This document shows positions 18,362 through 26,616 of a stretch of 64,000 bases of DNA, one piece after another. The notes under the pieces were generated by a model, which worked only from the letters and a program-made list of their open reading frames with translations, was not told the DNA's origin and did not search any database. Where the stretch lies: positions 1-64,000 of the IMG/VR virus record IMGVR_UViG_3300042396_000723; one strand, 5' to 3'. Each line of letters begins with the position of its first letter. The stretch's first letter is position 1. The translations under genes were made by a program, and so were the position numbers. The stretch comes from a virus.

Positions 18362-19028
18362 TTATAAAGTTGAGCGTGGGGTTTTGGTTGATAGTATTGA
18401 TATTGAACCTAACCCGTGGAACCCCAACAAAACATCTGAACGTCAGCAAGAGGCGATCACAGAATCATTAAATGCCTACGGTCAAATCATAGAATTACTG
18501 GTTAGACCGCATCCAGAAAAAAAGGGTAAATATCAAGTTATTGACGGGGAACATCGTTTAATCTCATTGAGCAACAAAGAGCAAAAAATCTTTGTTAATA
18601 TTATTTACGACTTACCCGATGTCGAAGCAAAGAAATTAACCATTATCCTCAATGAAACCAGGGGTGATGCTGATAAAATCGAACTTGCTAAACTATTGGA
18701 AGATATAAATAATGATTTAGGGATTGAAACGATCATAGGGTTGCCATACAGTTCTAATGAATTGGATGAGTTAATAAAATTAGCTGATATTGATTGGGAT
18801 AATTTTGCTAAGGGTGATGATGGTGACGAATTTGATGAAAATGATCCTACGACTGAATCATCGGAATGGATTACTGTAGTTGTTAAAATCCCTTCTGATG
18901 CGATGGAGAGAATACAAGATGTGTACAACATCGTAAAAGATGAAAGGGGTACTTTACACAAAGATAAAGCGATTGCATGGGGACAGGTTTTGGAGTCTAT
19001 GTCTGCTGATTACTTAGCTGGAAAATAG
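18354..19028 (+). CDS. ParB/Srx-fold (ParB-like nuclease domain) protein
   Basis: IDIEPNPWNPNK...QVIDGEHRL resembles the ParB/sulfiredoxin DGxHR core; overlaps the dpdA stop by 8 nt. Confidence 0.55.
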   Translation: MTNYKVERGVLVDSIDIEPNPWNPNKTSERQQEAITESLNAYGQIIELLVRPHPEKKGKYQVIDGEHRLISLSNKEQKIFVNIIYDLPDVEAKKLTIILNETRGDADKIELAKLLEDINNDLGIETIIGLPYSSNELDELIKLADIDWDNFAKGDDGDEFDENDPTTESSEWITVVVKIPSDAMERIQDVYNIVKDERGTLHKDKAIAWGQVLESMSADYLAGK

Positions 19029-19105
19029 GAATAATTGAACCTAAATTAATCGGGAGATTGCCAGACTAATTAATATTAATTGTGGTACAATAGTTAATAG
19101 AAATC

Positions 19106-19141
19106 GCCCTTCGCGGTACGTCAAATACCCAAGGGCTGTAA
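19106..19141 (+). promoter_or_regulatory. conserved 5' leader stem-loop motif, copy 2
   Basis: GCCCTTCGCGGTACGTCAAATACCCAAGGGCTGTAAACC about 25 nt upstream of the 19162 start; shares CGCGGTRCGT...ACCCARGGG...TAAACC with copy 1. Confidence 0.35.
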
Positions 19142-19161
19142 ACCTAACTAACAGGATCACA

Positions 19162-19431
19162 ATGAATAACTTTAACAAAGAACTGGCTTTAAGTTTACTC
19201 GGATCTGGTAAAGAATACCCCGTTGATTTTGAAGACGCTTGGCAATGGTTGGGATATTCGAGTAAACAGGCTGCCAAAAAGAAGCTAACCCGCAACTTTG
19301 AACAAGAGGAAGACTATTTATCCGAATGGATGAAAACCCCAGATGGCGGTCGTCCTAGCGAATCCATCTATCTCACCGTCGATTGTTTCAAGGCATTAGG
19401 GATTGATTGTTTTAATGTGTTATACTATTAA
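19162..19431 (+). CDS. antirepressor N-terminal (AntA-like) fragment, candidate exon 1
   Basis: 89 aa; VDFEDAWQWLGYS...SIYLTVDCFKALGI resembles the start of phage antirepressor N-domains and stops where the homing-endonuclease gene begins. Confidence 0.4.
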   Translation: MNNFNKELALSLLGSGKEYPVDFEDAWQWLGYSSKQAAKKKLTRNFEQEEDYLSEWMKTPDGGRPSESIYLTVDCFKALGIDCFNVLYY

Positions 19432-20165
19432 AACAATCACACAACACTTTAACAATAAATGAACATCGAAATATCTTCTGTTACGCCCCATCTAATTGAA
19501 GATTTAGCTAAGACAGGAATTTATTCTATTACACAAAAGAGTACGGGAAGAAAATATATAGGGAGTACATCGGAAAATTTTTACCAAAGATGGAGGCGAC
19601 ATTTAAGCGAACTAAAAAAAGGTAATCACCATAGCCAGTTTTTGCAACGAACCTGGGATAAATATGGCTCCGATGATTTTGTATTTGAGATTATTGAATT
19701 TCACGACGTACTATCTGTTTTAGATAATTTATCTTTATTGAATTTAGAACAGTCTTATTTGGATAAATTAACTCCAGAGTTCAATATTTCACCTTCTGCA
19801 CATAGTAGAAAAGGGGTGAAAGTATCGGAAGAAACCCGCACTAGAATCAAAGAAGCAAGAAAATATCAAGTAATGAAACCCGTTAAAGAAGAAACAAAGA
19901 AAAGAATTTCAGAATCAAATAAAGGAAAACATGAGGCAAGTATTGAAACTAGAAGAAAAATGGCTGAAGCAAAAAGAGGATTACCACTTAGGGCTATAAA
20001 TACTTATGTCTTAACATCTCCACTTGGTGTTGATATCACGGTAAATAACCTAAAAGATTTTTGTCGAGAAAATAATCTGAATTATCAAAACCTTTTTCAT
20101 GTTATAAGAGGGAATAGAAAATCTTCTCAGGGATGGAAAATAGTCAAGATAAATCCCTAGAGATG
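19412..20165 (+). mobile_element. candidate HEG-containing intervening sequence (possible group I intron) in antirepressor gene
   Basis: GIY-YIG ORF lies exactly between the two antirepressor halves; boundaries are inferred from the protein break, not from intron structure. Confidence 0.3.
19459..20160 (+). CDS. GIY-YIG homing endonuclease with NUMOD3-like repeats
   Basis: GIYSIT...KYIGST, RWRRHL, and repeated S-E-x-T/N-K-G-K motifs (VSEETRTRIKEARK / ISESNKGKHEASIETRRKMAEAKRG). Confidence 0.85.
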   Translation: MNIEISSVTPHLIEDLAKTGIYSITQKSTGRKYIGSTSENFYQRWRRHLSELKKGNHHSQFLQRTWDKYGSDDFVFEIIEFHDVLSVLDNLSLLNLEQSYLDKLTPEFNISPSAHSRKGVKVSEETRTRIKEARKYQVMKPVKEETKKRISESNKGKHEASIETRRKMAEAKRGLPLRAINTYVLTSPLGVDITVNNLKDFCRENNLNYQNLFHVIRGNRKSSQGWKIVKINP

Positions 20166-20687
20166 TCAGGGACGGAGCAAGGGAAGAAAACCCGACAATA
20201 TTTCCTGCGGTGCGAGAAGGAGTTGAAAAACACTCATGGAATTAATTTACTAGACAAGCCTTCACCTCAACTGATTAGTGATGCGGTTATGGCAGTTTTC
20301 CGACCCACCAATGTTGACCCAACACTTATCTCAGGGGTCATTGCCAACAACATCGCTAAAACTTATCCGGCGCTAGCTCCTGCGATGGAAGAATCCAAAA
20401 AACATCTGACCGTCGAAGTCGAGGGAAAACTTCTCACGCCCACCGAACTCGGATTAATCTTAGAACAGCGCACTGGTGTTAAACACAGTGGCAGACGAGT
20501 TAATCAATTGTTAGCCGAGAATGGATTGCAAACTCCTAACCCCGCGGGGAAAGATCCGGCTTGGGTTCCAACTCCAGAGGGGAGTGCTTTTTCTAAACTG
20601 TTACTTGCAGCGCAGAAGGGCGTTAAGGATGCGACTAGACAACATTTGCAGTGGTTTGAATCTGTTGTAGATGTTTTGGCGGTTTAG
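20163..20687 (+). CDS. antirepressor C-terminal part (KilAC-like), candidate exon 2
   Basis: EQGKKTRQYFLRCEKEL resembles the conserved R-x-YFI-x-E segment ending antirepressor N-domains; LTPTELGLILEQRTGVKHSGRRVNQLLAENGLQ is KilAC-like. Confidence 0.4.
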   Translation: MSGTEQGKKTRQYFLRCEKELKNTHGINLLDKPSPQLISDAVMAVFRPTNVDPTLISGVIANNIAKTYPALAPAMEESKKHLTVEVEGKLLTPTELGLILEQRTGVKHSGRRVNQLLAENGLQTPNPAGKDPAWVPTPEGSAFSKLLLAAQKGVKDATRQHLQWFESVVDVLAV

Positions 20688-20704
20688 AAGGTTGAAATAG
20701 CAAA

Positions 20705-20735
20705 AACCCCAGGGGTTGAGTCCTGGGGTTTTTAA
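20705..20735 (+). terminator. intrinsic terminator
   Basis: ACCCCAGG/CCTGGGGT 8-bp stem followed by TTTTT. Confidence 0.75.
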
Positions 20736-20941
20736 GGGTTATGGCGTGGTCTAACAGTATCCTTTCTCTCTCAAGTCTTGGATTTCATGAAATCCCCAGA
20801 ATTGCTTAACAGGGATAAAACCATCTTTTGTTATTACCCGCACTTTTTTCTCGGTTTCAATAACCTCGACAACAACATTTCCAAAAAACTCAAATCCAAC
20901 CTTGATCCAGTTTGCGTTCATTTTTTGCTCCGTATAATTCG

Positions 20942-21193
20942 CTAACAGTCTGTTGACAATATCGTTCCGTGTTCCCTATTCTGTCTTTCCTTGTCTCGTC
21001 GTCTTTCGGCACATAACCGCTTCTGTTCGCGCCGATTTTCCTTTTGTTCTGGGGTTAAGTTGGCAAGGTAGCGTTTCCGCCGTTCCCTTGCCTTCTCCGT
21101 CCCCTCGTACTTCAGATCCCTGTCTTTACCCTTCTGGGTTGCCTTATACCGTTGTTGGGCTTCCCAGAGGGAGGGTTTCCATTCTTTGGTCAT
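20942..21193 (-). CDS. small basic repeat protein (family member 1)
   Basis: MTKEWKPSLWEAQQRYKATQKGKDRDLKYEGTEKARERRKRY; paralogous to 22033-22236 and 24491-24694; start at in-frame ATG. Confidence 0.4.
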   Translation of the reverse strand: MTKEWKPSLWEAQQRYKATQKGKDRDLKYEGTEKARERRKRYLANLTPEQKENRREQKRLCAERRRDKERQNREHGTILSTDC

Positions 21194-21468
21194 GTGATAA
21201 ACCACCAATATTTCTTAATTCCCGTGCTTTTCCCGTTGTTGGGACAATCCCCTTCACCCATAACGAGGTTTCCGTCATTGGTGGGATAACCGTCTTCAGT
21301 TTCCCCGACTATTGACAACATGGCTCTATTTAGTGTTTGGATTGAGCAAATAACGTCTTTTTCTTCTTTGAGTTTTTGGGCTAATTCTTTGGTAGAAACC
21401 CCGTCAATCCATCCGGGGTCGCTGTCAATTATCCCCTTGATTTTTGTTTTTAATTGTTCTATTTTCAT
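21190..21468 (-). CDS. hypothetical protein
   Basis: 92-aa ORF with ATG preceded by AAAGGAGG. Confidence 0.5.
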   Translation of the reverse strand: MKIEQLKTKIKGIIDSDPGWIDGVSTKELAQKLKEEKDVICSIQTLNRAMLSIVGETEDGYPTNDGNLVMGEGDCPNNGKSTGIKKYWWFIT

Positions 21469-21538
21469 CTGTCCTCCTTTGTGCGTTTTGGTTTATTAAA
21501 TCCCTAGCCGTTTGGTGTTTGGCTAGGGTGTGGGGTTG

Positions 21539-21961
21539 TTAGATTGGTCGCCCTCTTTCGTCTCGGAGGTAAGGCAAATCATTTTCTTGATTAGCTTTAA
21601 CTTCTGTTTTAAAATTGTTCTCTTGCAACCACCGCCATAAAGCTCTCATTTCAGGTTTATTTTCATCTGTTAAGTCAAAATCACTTGTGATAGTTTGTCC
21701 ATCACCTTTACATCCCCACAGGATTTGAATTTGCTCAAATGGTGCAATTACGTTTACTTTCAAACCGTTTTGTTTTTGCGCTCTGTAACGGTCAACACCT
21801 TGTTGATACGTCGCTTTCCCCGCTTTTTTAGGGTATTTAGTAGATAAGGAGATTGTCTTTGCTCCGGCACACAAAAAACATCTTCCGTTGGCAATATGAG
21901 AAAATTCTTTCAAAAATCCTTTAGCGTCACATCTTGGGCAGTCTATTTGTTGGCAGTTCAT
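21539..21961 (-). CDS. hypothetical zinc-ribbon protein
   Basis: N-terminal CPRC...CFLC pairs; 140 aa. Confidence 0.5.
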   Translation of the reverse strand: MNCQQIDCPRCDAKGFLKEFSHIANGRCFLCAGAKTISLSTKYPKKAGKATYQQGVDRYRAQKQNGLKVNVIAPFEQIQILWGCKGDGQTITSDFDLTDENKPEMRALWRWLQENNFKTEVKANQENDLPYLRDERGRPI

Positions 21962-22000
21962 TGTTTCGTCCTTTGCTTTTGGGTGTTGTTCAATAATCTA

Positions 22001-22047
22001 AATATAGTAGACTTACGGCTATATGTCAACCCCTAAAATAAAATATT
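22001..22047 (-). promoter_or_regulatory. sigma70-like promoter (TTGACA-17-TATATT) with conserved upstream element, copy 1
   Basis: Minus-strand reading AATATTTTATTTTAGGGGTTGACA-17 nt-TATATT about 40 nt upstream of the 21961 start. Confidence 0.4.
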
Positions 22048-22236
22048 GTTTTTGCCTTTCCTGTGGCAAGTTCGGCACGTCGCAGGAGTTTTTGTTACGA
22101 GCCACTGAATCCGTCCACAGTGAAAACATTGACCCTTTCTATCGCCCCTCAACTCCTCTAACTTCTTCCTGTTCCGTTTGTTGTACTCAGTCCGGTTTTT
22201 TCTGCCCTTTTCTGAGTGGTTATAGTTGTCTGTCAT
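22033..22236 (-). CDS. small basic protein (family member 2)
   Basis: MTDNYNHSEKGRKNRTEYNKRNRKK...CFHCG...CRTC; ATG start; conflicts with plus-strand ORF 22023-22328, which was not chosen. Confidence 0.35.
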   Translation of the reverse strand: MTDNYNHSEKGRKNRTEYNKRNRKKLEELRGDRKGQCFHCGRIQWLVTKTPATCRTCHRKGKNNILF

Positions 22237-22324
22237 GTTATTATGAGTTAGTGGTTTTCTGTGACAAGTTCGCCACAAAGAAAGCCGGATCAATTGATCC
22301 GGCTTTTGGTTTGTTGCCTGAAAA

Positions 22325-22606
22325 TTAAAGCCAATCAGACCCCAAATTAAGAGCCGAATCGACTACGGCACCCTCAGGGAGTTCTTCTATTCCCAGTTCT
22401 TTAGCCATAGCGTCTTCGTCAAGACACGCATATCGGGCGCATTTTTTAGCTAATTCATAAAAGTCTTCATGCACCCAGTAGCCCCATTGACAGTCATACT
22501 GACCGCCAGAGATAAAACGATAGTGATTCTCTATCAATTTTTGTCTGTGATCTTCTAGTGAAACAAAAGCGTTTTCGATTTCCAATCCTTTGCTGTAGTC
22601 TTTCAT
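22325..22606 (-). CDS. hypothetical protein
   Basis: Start moved to the internal ATG because the track's TTG start at 22669 lies inside the -35 hexamer. Confidence 0.45.
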   Translation of the reverse strand: MKDYSKGLEIENAFVSLEDHRQKLIENHYRFISGGQYDCQWGYWVHEDFYELAKKCARYACLDEDAMAKELGIEELPEGAVVDSALNLGSDWL

Positions 22607-22639
22607 CTTGTTTGCTTGGTATTTTCTGTGACTTCCTAA

Positions 22640-22687
22640 ATAGTACACGGTGACAAGTTGTATTGTCAACCCCTAAAATAAAATATT
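22640..22687 (-). promoter_or_regulatory. sigma70-like promoter with conserved upstream element, copy 2
   Basis: The same 24-mer TGTCAACCCCTAAAATAAAATATT (plus strand) as at 22024-22047; minus reading TTGACA-18 nt-TACTAT. Confidence 0.4.
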
Positions 22688-22735
22688 TTTTAGATTGACT
22701 GAACCCCTTGCTATGTAAGGAGTTCAGTCTTTTGG

Positions 22736-23029
22736 TTAATCCTCAAATTTTGCCTTGAGAGCCAGCATAGCCTTTTTCTTCTTATGCCTTAAATAAGATT
22801 CGGCATCGGTCAATTTCCTGCCTGGAAAAATAGACGGTCTCCCTATAGGCTTAGGATCAGTTTTGGGATGAATCCTCGGTCTTCCCACGGGCTTAGGATC
22901 GGAGGTTTGGGACGCTCCGCAGGGGGTACAGCGCCATTTTTGCCGACCATCAGGACGCACCCCGTTCTTTTTCATCCTATGCCCACACTTTGGACAGGAC
23001 AGATGTTTTTCCGTGTTATCGTTGATCAT
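22736..23029 (-). CDS. zinc-ribbon (InsA-like) plus AT-hook-like DNA-binding protein
   Basis: CPKCGHRMKKNGVRPDGRQKWRCTPCG zinc ribbon, then PKPVGRPRIHP and PKPIGRPSIFPGRK GRP motifs. Confidence 0.5.
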   Translation of the reverse strand: MINDNTEKHLSCPKCGHRMKKNGVRPDGRQKWRCTPCGASQTSDPKPVGRPRIHPKTDPKPIGRPSIFPGRKLTDAESYLRHKKKKAMLALKAKFED

Positions 23030-23187
23030 CAGTAGCCTGTTATATAGGTTTGCTCAAGTCCCCAGATGTTTTGTCACATCGTGGGGATATTGCATTATTA
23101 TATCATTTTATCTTGGTAGCGCGATCGCTTAAAATCCCTAGCAACAATCAGGGTTACAGCCAATTTAAAAATAATTTTATAAAACGC

Positions 23188-23216
23188 TTGACATATCGTA
23201 GTAAGTAGATTATAGT
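23188..23216 (+). promoter_or_regulatory. sigma70-like promoter
   Basis: TTGACA-17 nt-TATAGT about 30 nt upstream of the 23248 start. Confidence 0.45.
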
Positions 23217-23247
23217 TGTATTAACAACACGCAAAGGACTCAAGACA

Positions 23248-24432
23248 GTGGACATCAAAGATATCGCTAAAGAAATCCGTGTAATTCTTGCCAACAGCTT
23301 CTACAAAACCAAATTCTCAGTTAAGATTAGTCGATTCAGTCAAGGATCATCAGCCGATATTACCTGGACTGATGGCCCCACAGAAAAACAGGTTAATGAA
23401 TTAGTTGGTTATTTTGGAGACACCCGATCTAAATTCATAAATACAACCCGCCTACATAGCGCGACACTGATTAACGGGGCGATCGCAAAATGGAAAGAGT
23501 TTCACCCTAGCCAAGCTCATTTAACCTTAAATTGTGTAGCATCTGGACTTGATCATTATGCAGCCTTTGATATTACCGAGTTTGGTTCCAACAACCCTGA
23601 TTTACCTCTCTATGAACAATCCATCTATGAGATTGTTCGCCATTCAATTCTTGATGAAACGGGTATCCGTGTTACTGGTGATTTAATCTCTAATGAAGAA
23701 TTGGTCAAACTCAATGAGTTAACCGAACCCGAAACCGAAACTCAAGAAACCATCACCCCTATTAAAATCAACTCACTCGCTGAACCGATTTATATTCAAG
23801 GAAATTACCCATCTTTAAACAAGTGCAATACAATTCAGCAATACATTCGGCAGGAAGACAATAATCGCACATTAACCCAGATAAGTAAGATAGTTGAACT
23901 TTCGTCAAAGGATTATCGTGAGTTCCTTCAAAACTTATTACAGCCCCACGAATGGCTCAATGGGGAAGGTGGGAGTGACAGTTTTTATAAGTCACCGCAC
24001 GGCGATAATTCAATAGCACTGATTAACGATAAAATTGAATTAAAAAAATGGTTAGCTGAACGCTACACAATTGCATTGTTAGTCACCAATGGATCTGAGT
24101 ACATTCTAGTTGACCCTCAAGGATATCGTTATGCCCGATACGTTGGCTTTGGTGTTGAGATGACACTTGACGATATTCTAAAGCTCTCGGAAGGGACAAC
24201 TACCGAACCTGAATTAGAAATAGCCGCGCCCGAACCCGAATCCAATCTAGTCCCATTCAAAAAACCAGTCCCTAGTTCAACACCCACGCCCGCACAAAAC
24301 CCCCAAAGTTCAGAGGATGTATTTTTTATCCAGACATACGAAGCATGGGTCAAGAAGCTGATGACAAAAGGGGAACTCAATAAGATTAAGAGCTTTGATG
24401 ATTGGTATGCGATCGCATCTCAAGTCCTTTAA
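23248..24432 (+). CDS. hypothetical protein
   Basis: 394-aa ORF, GTG start; Pro/Glu-rich C-terminal linker. Confidence 0.55.
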   Translation: MDIKDIAKEIRVILANSFYKTKFSVKISRFSQGSSADITWTDGPTEKQVNELVGYFGDTRSKFINTTRLHSATLINGAIAKWKEFHPSQAHLTLNCVASGLDHYAAFDITEFGSNNPDLPLYEQSIYEIVRHSILDETGIRVTGDLISNEELVKLNELTEPETETQETITPIKINSLAEPIYIQGNYPSLNKCNTIQQYIRQEDNNRTLTQISKIVELSSKDYREFLQNLLQPHEWLNGEGGSDSFYKSPHGDNSIALINDKIELKKWLAERYTIALLVTNGSEYILVDPQGYRYARYVGFGVEMTLDDILKLSEGTTTEPELEIAAPEPESNLVPFKKPVPSSTPTPAQNPQSSEDVFFIQTYEAWVKKLMTKGELNKIKSFDDWYAIASQVL

Positions 24433-24442
24433 TTAAACAATC

Positions 24443-24468
24443 CCCTAGTTATCACAGCTAGGGGTTTT
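24443..24468 (+). terminator. intrinsic terminator
   Basis: CCCCTAG/CTAGGGG stem followed by TTTT. Confidence 0.7.
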
Positions 24469-24490
24469 AGAACAATATAACGGGGTAATT

Positions 24491-24694
24491 ATGACTGATT
24501 GGAGTGAGTCTCAATGGCAAGCGCACAAACGCTACGAAGCCACCGAGAAGGCAAAAAAAAGACAGGCTAAATATGAATCCACCGAGAAGGCAAAGAAAAG
24601 ACAGGCTAAATATGAATCCACCGAGGAAGCTAAAGAAAAGCGACGGGTAAGGCAACGGCTTTACCTTCTCAGGAAAAAGGGATTAGCAGAATAA
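24491..24694 (+). CDS. small basic repeat protein (family member 3)
   Basis: Internal tandem KYESTEKAKKRQA repeats encoded by about 42-bp DNA repeats; N-terminus MTDWSESQWQAHKRYEAT matches the paralogs. Confidence 0.45.
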   Translation: MTDWSESQWQAHKRYEATEKAKKRQAKYESTEKAKKRQAKYESTEEAKEKRRVRQRLYLLRKKGLAE

Positions 24695-24698
24695 ATAA

Positions 24699-24734
24699 TT
24701 ATCCCGATCATTTGTAGTGATCGGGATAATTTTT
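24699..24734. terminator. bidirectional intrinsic terminator
   Basis: TTATCCCGATCA/TGATCGGGATAA 12-bp stem, loop TTTGTAG, then TTTTT; between converging genes. Confidence 0.7.
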
Positions 24735-24971
24735 CTACGCACTTAATACGATTGCAGCCGGATAAATTGCCATGTAATCGTTTTCACCTAAGCTGATTTT
24801 CTGTTGCTCAACTAAAGTAAAAATTGCAAACCAGAATACTTTTTCACTCAATCCCAAATCTTTCTGAGCTTTGGAGGGATAGGTAAATACTGCCCTCTTT
24901 CCTAGGAATTGAGGGATTAACCATTTTTCCACAATGGTGCTCGCATTCTCTAGTTCTTGAGTATTAATCAT
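24735..24971 (-). CDS. hypothetical protein
   Basis: 78-aa ORF. Confidence 0.4.
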   Translation of the reverse strand: MINTQELENASTIVEKWLIPQFLGKRAVFTYPSKAQKDLGLSEKVFWFAIFTLVEQQKISLGENDYMAIYPAAIVLSA

Positions 24972-25036
24972 AATTTAATCAGCACAAAACTATTGTTTTA
25001 TTATATAATATAAACAGTTCTAAATGCTAACAAAAT

Positions 25037-25393
25037 ATGGCGATCGCAACGAACCTAAACCAAAGAATTGAAGGGCAAAAACTTCTATTCACGGCTGCCA
25101 CTGATACTATGATTATCGGGGGAATAGTTAGCAATCTTTCTGTAACGGATGCCTATTTTAGCTTAAAACCTTTTATGGTTAATGCTAAGATAGATCGGGG
25201 TTTTCCATTCCAACTTCAAACCAAGTTACTCGCTCCTGCATTAACAGAGGTTAAGGCTTTTGCTGCTGATGCTCCTATTAATTTATTGTGGGATTCTAGC
25301 GATGGTTGGAACTCGGAAGTTTTAGAAAATTGGAACGGTTCAATCCCTAACTTTATTCCTGTATTGTTGAATATAACTATAGCGGAGATTTAA
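25037..25393 (+). CDS. hypothetical protein
   Basis: 118-aa ORF. Confidence 0.5.
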   Translation: MAIATNLNQRIEGQKLLFTAATDTMIIGGIVSNLSVTDAYFSLKPFMVNAKIDRGFPFQLQTKLLAPALTEVKAFAADAPINLLWDSSDGWNSEVLENWNGSIPNFIPVLLNITIAEI

Positions 25394-25397
25394 GATA

Positions 25398-25883
25398 ATG
25401 GTTTGGATGGGTTCAAAGGCGAATATAGCCACAATCACGGCTTTAAGTGTTACTGATTTAGAAGATGGAATTGTCTTCTATGCTTCTGCCGAAAAAACCT
25501 GGTTAGCATTAGCTAAAACCGACACGACTTCAACAGCAAATAGTAAAAGTTGCTACACTGCCACAGGGGGCGGTAGATGGTTTATATCCAGAGATTCTAC
25601 GGTTGTCGCCACTACCACGCCAACGGGGGCGGCTGCGATTGGAACCCGTTGGATATATCAAGAGAATGGGGCGGTCAATAACTATGATTCAGTCCTAACC
25701 TATGTCTACAACGGCACGGCGTGGGTTGAGACAGATGCCAGAATGCGCGTACACACTAACACCCCGGCAAGTGTTTCTAAGACCCCCAATAGTGCGAGAG
25801 AGACCTGGCTTGATACTTCTACTGGGCTGATGTATGTTGCCTTTTCCGGTGGGTGGGTTTGGGCTGGAGCCAGTAATGCTTAA
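25398..25883 (+). CDS. hypothetical protein (Thr/Ser/Gly-rich)
   Basis: 161-aa ORF. Confidence 0.5.
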   Translation: MVWMGSKANIATITALSVTDLEDGIVFYASAEKTWLALAKTDTTSTANSKSCYTATGGGRWFISRDSTVVATTTPTGAAAIGTRWIYQENGAVNNYDSVLTYVYNGTAWVETDARMRVHTNTPASVSKTPNSARETWLDTSTGLMYVAFSGGWVWAGASNA

Positions 25884-26616
25884 ATTTACTTGCGGGTCAA
25901 CTCAATCCATTGACTACGATCAATTTGATGGGATTGTCGCTGGGTATCATTTGAATCTTGGGAGGGAGCCTTGCGCTCTGGATATCCCCAATAAAATCTA
26001 TAGATCCCAATTCCTTTATGGTCACAAACACCATAAACCCGGCGAGGGATGGGAACACTGCGAGACTATTACTGAATGGGTTTATCAGAGGGTTTTGAAG
26101 CGCCCAAAGATTAACGAATGGGTGTTGGTAAATGAATTTACCGATGATTTAGGAGTTTGCTATCCAGATTACAAGCTCGATGACTTAAAGCGGTATTGTG
26201 AAGCCGCGCATATTGCCAATCCCAAAGCCCGATTAATCCTGGGAGATTTTAAGCCCCATCTTTTAAGGAAGTGGGAACAAATAGCGGTTATCTGTCACGA
26301 ATTAAATCGTGAAGGTTTCCCCGTTGAGGTTGGGGTTCAAACCCATATTAAGACCTATAACGCCCCCGTAATTCTTGATAGACTCCCACGGGTAATCAAG
26401 ATGTTTGACTGCCCTGTTCATCTAATAGAGGCAAGTCTCTGGTATCAGAATGATGTTGATAGGTTGCTATGTAATTACTTTTGGGGGAAATTAGAGGGAA
26501 TTGCAGACCAACCTAAAGTTAAATCATTTTGTCAGTGGTGGTTATGTTCTGAAGATGTAGAAATTGGGCGACGGATGCCTACTTTTGAAAACTTGCAGCT
26601 ATATGTTCCTAATTAA
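25876..26616 (+). CDS. hypothetical protein, possible TIM-barrel glycoside hydrolase
   Basis: WVLVNEFTDD (cf. GH10 WDVVNE) and VEVGVQTHI (cf. GxQxH); weak; ATG overlaps the upstream stop. Confidence 0.3.
   Translation: MLKFTCGSTQSIDYDQFDGIVAGYHLNLGREPCALDIPNKIYRSQFLYGHKHHKPGEGWEHCETITEWVYQRVLKRPKINEWVLVNEFTDDLGVCYPDYKLDDLKRYCEAAHIANPKARLILGDFKPHLLRKWEQIAVICHELNREGFPVEVGVQTHIKTYNAPVILDRLPRVIKMFDCPVHLIEASLWYQNDVDRLLCNYFWGKLEGIADQPKVKSFCQWWLCSEDVEIGRRMPTFENLQLYVPN

Noticed and set aside
22023-22328. Plus-strand ORF 22023-22328 (Cys/Ser-rich)
   Set aside because: Overlaps a minus-strand basic protein that belongs to a three-member paralog family and fits the local promoter-gene spacing; unresolved but judged less likely.
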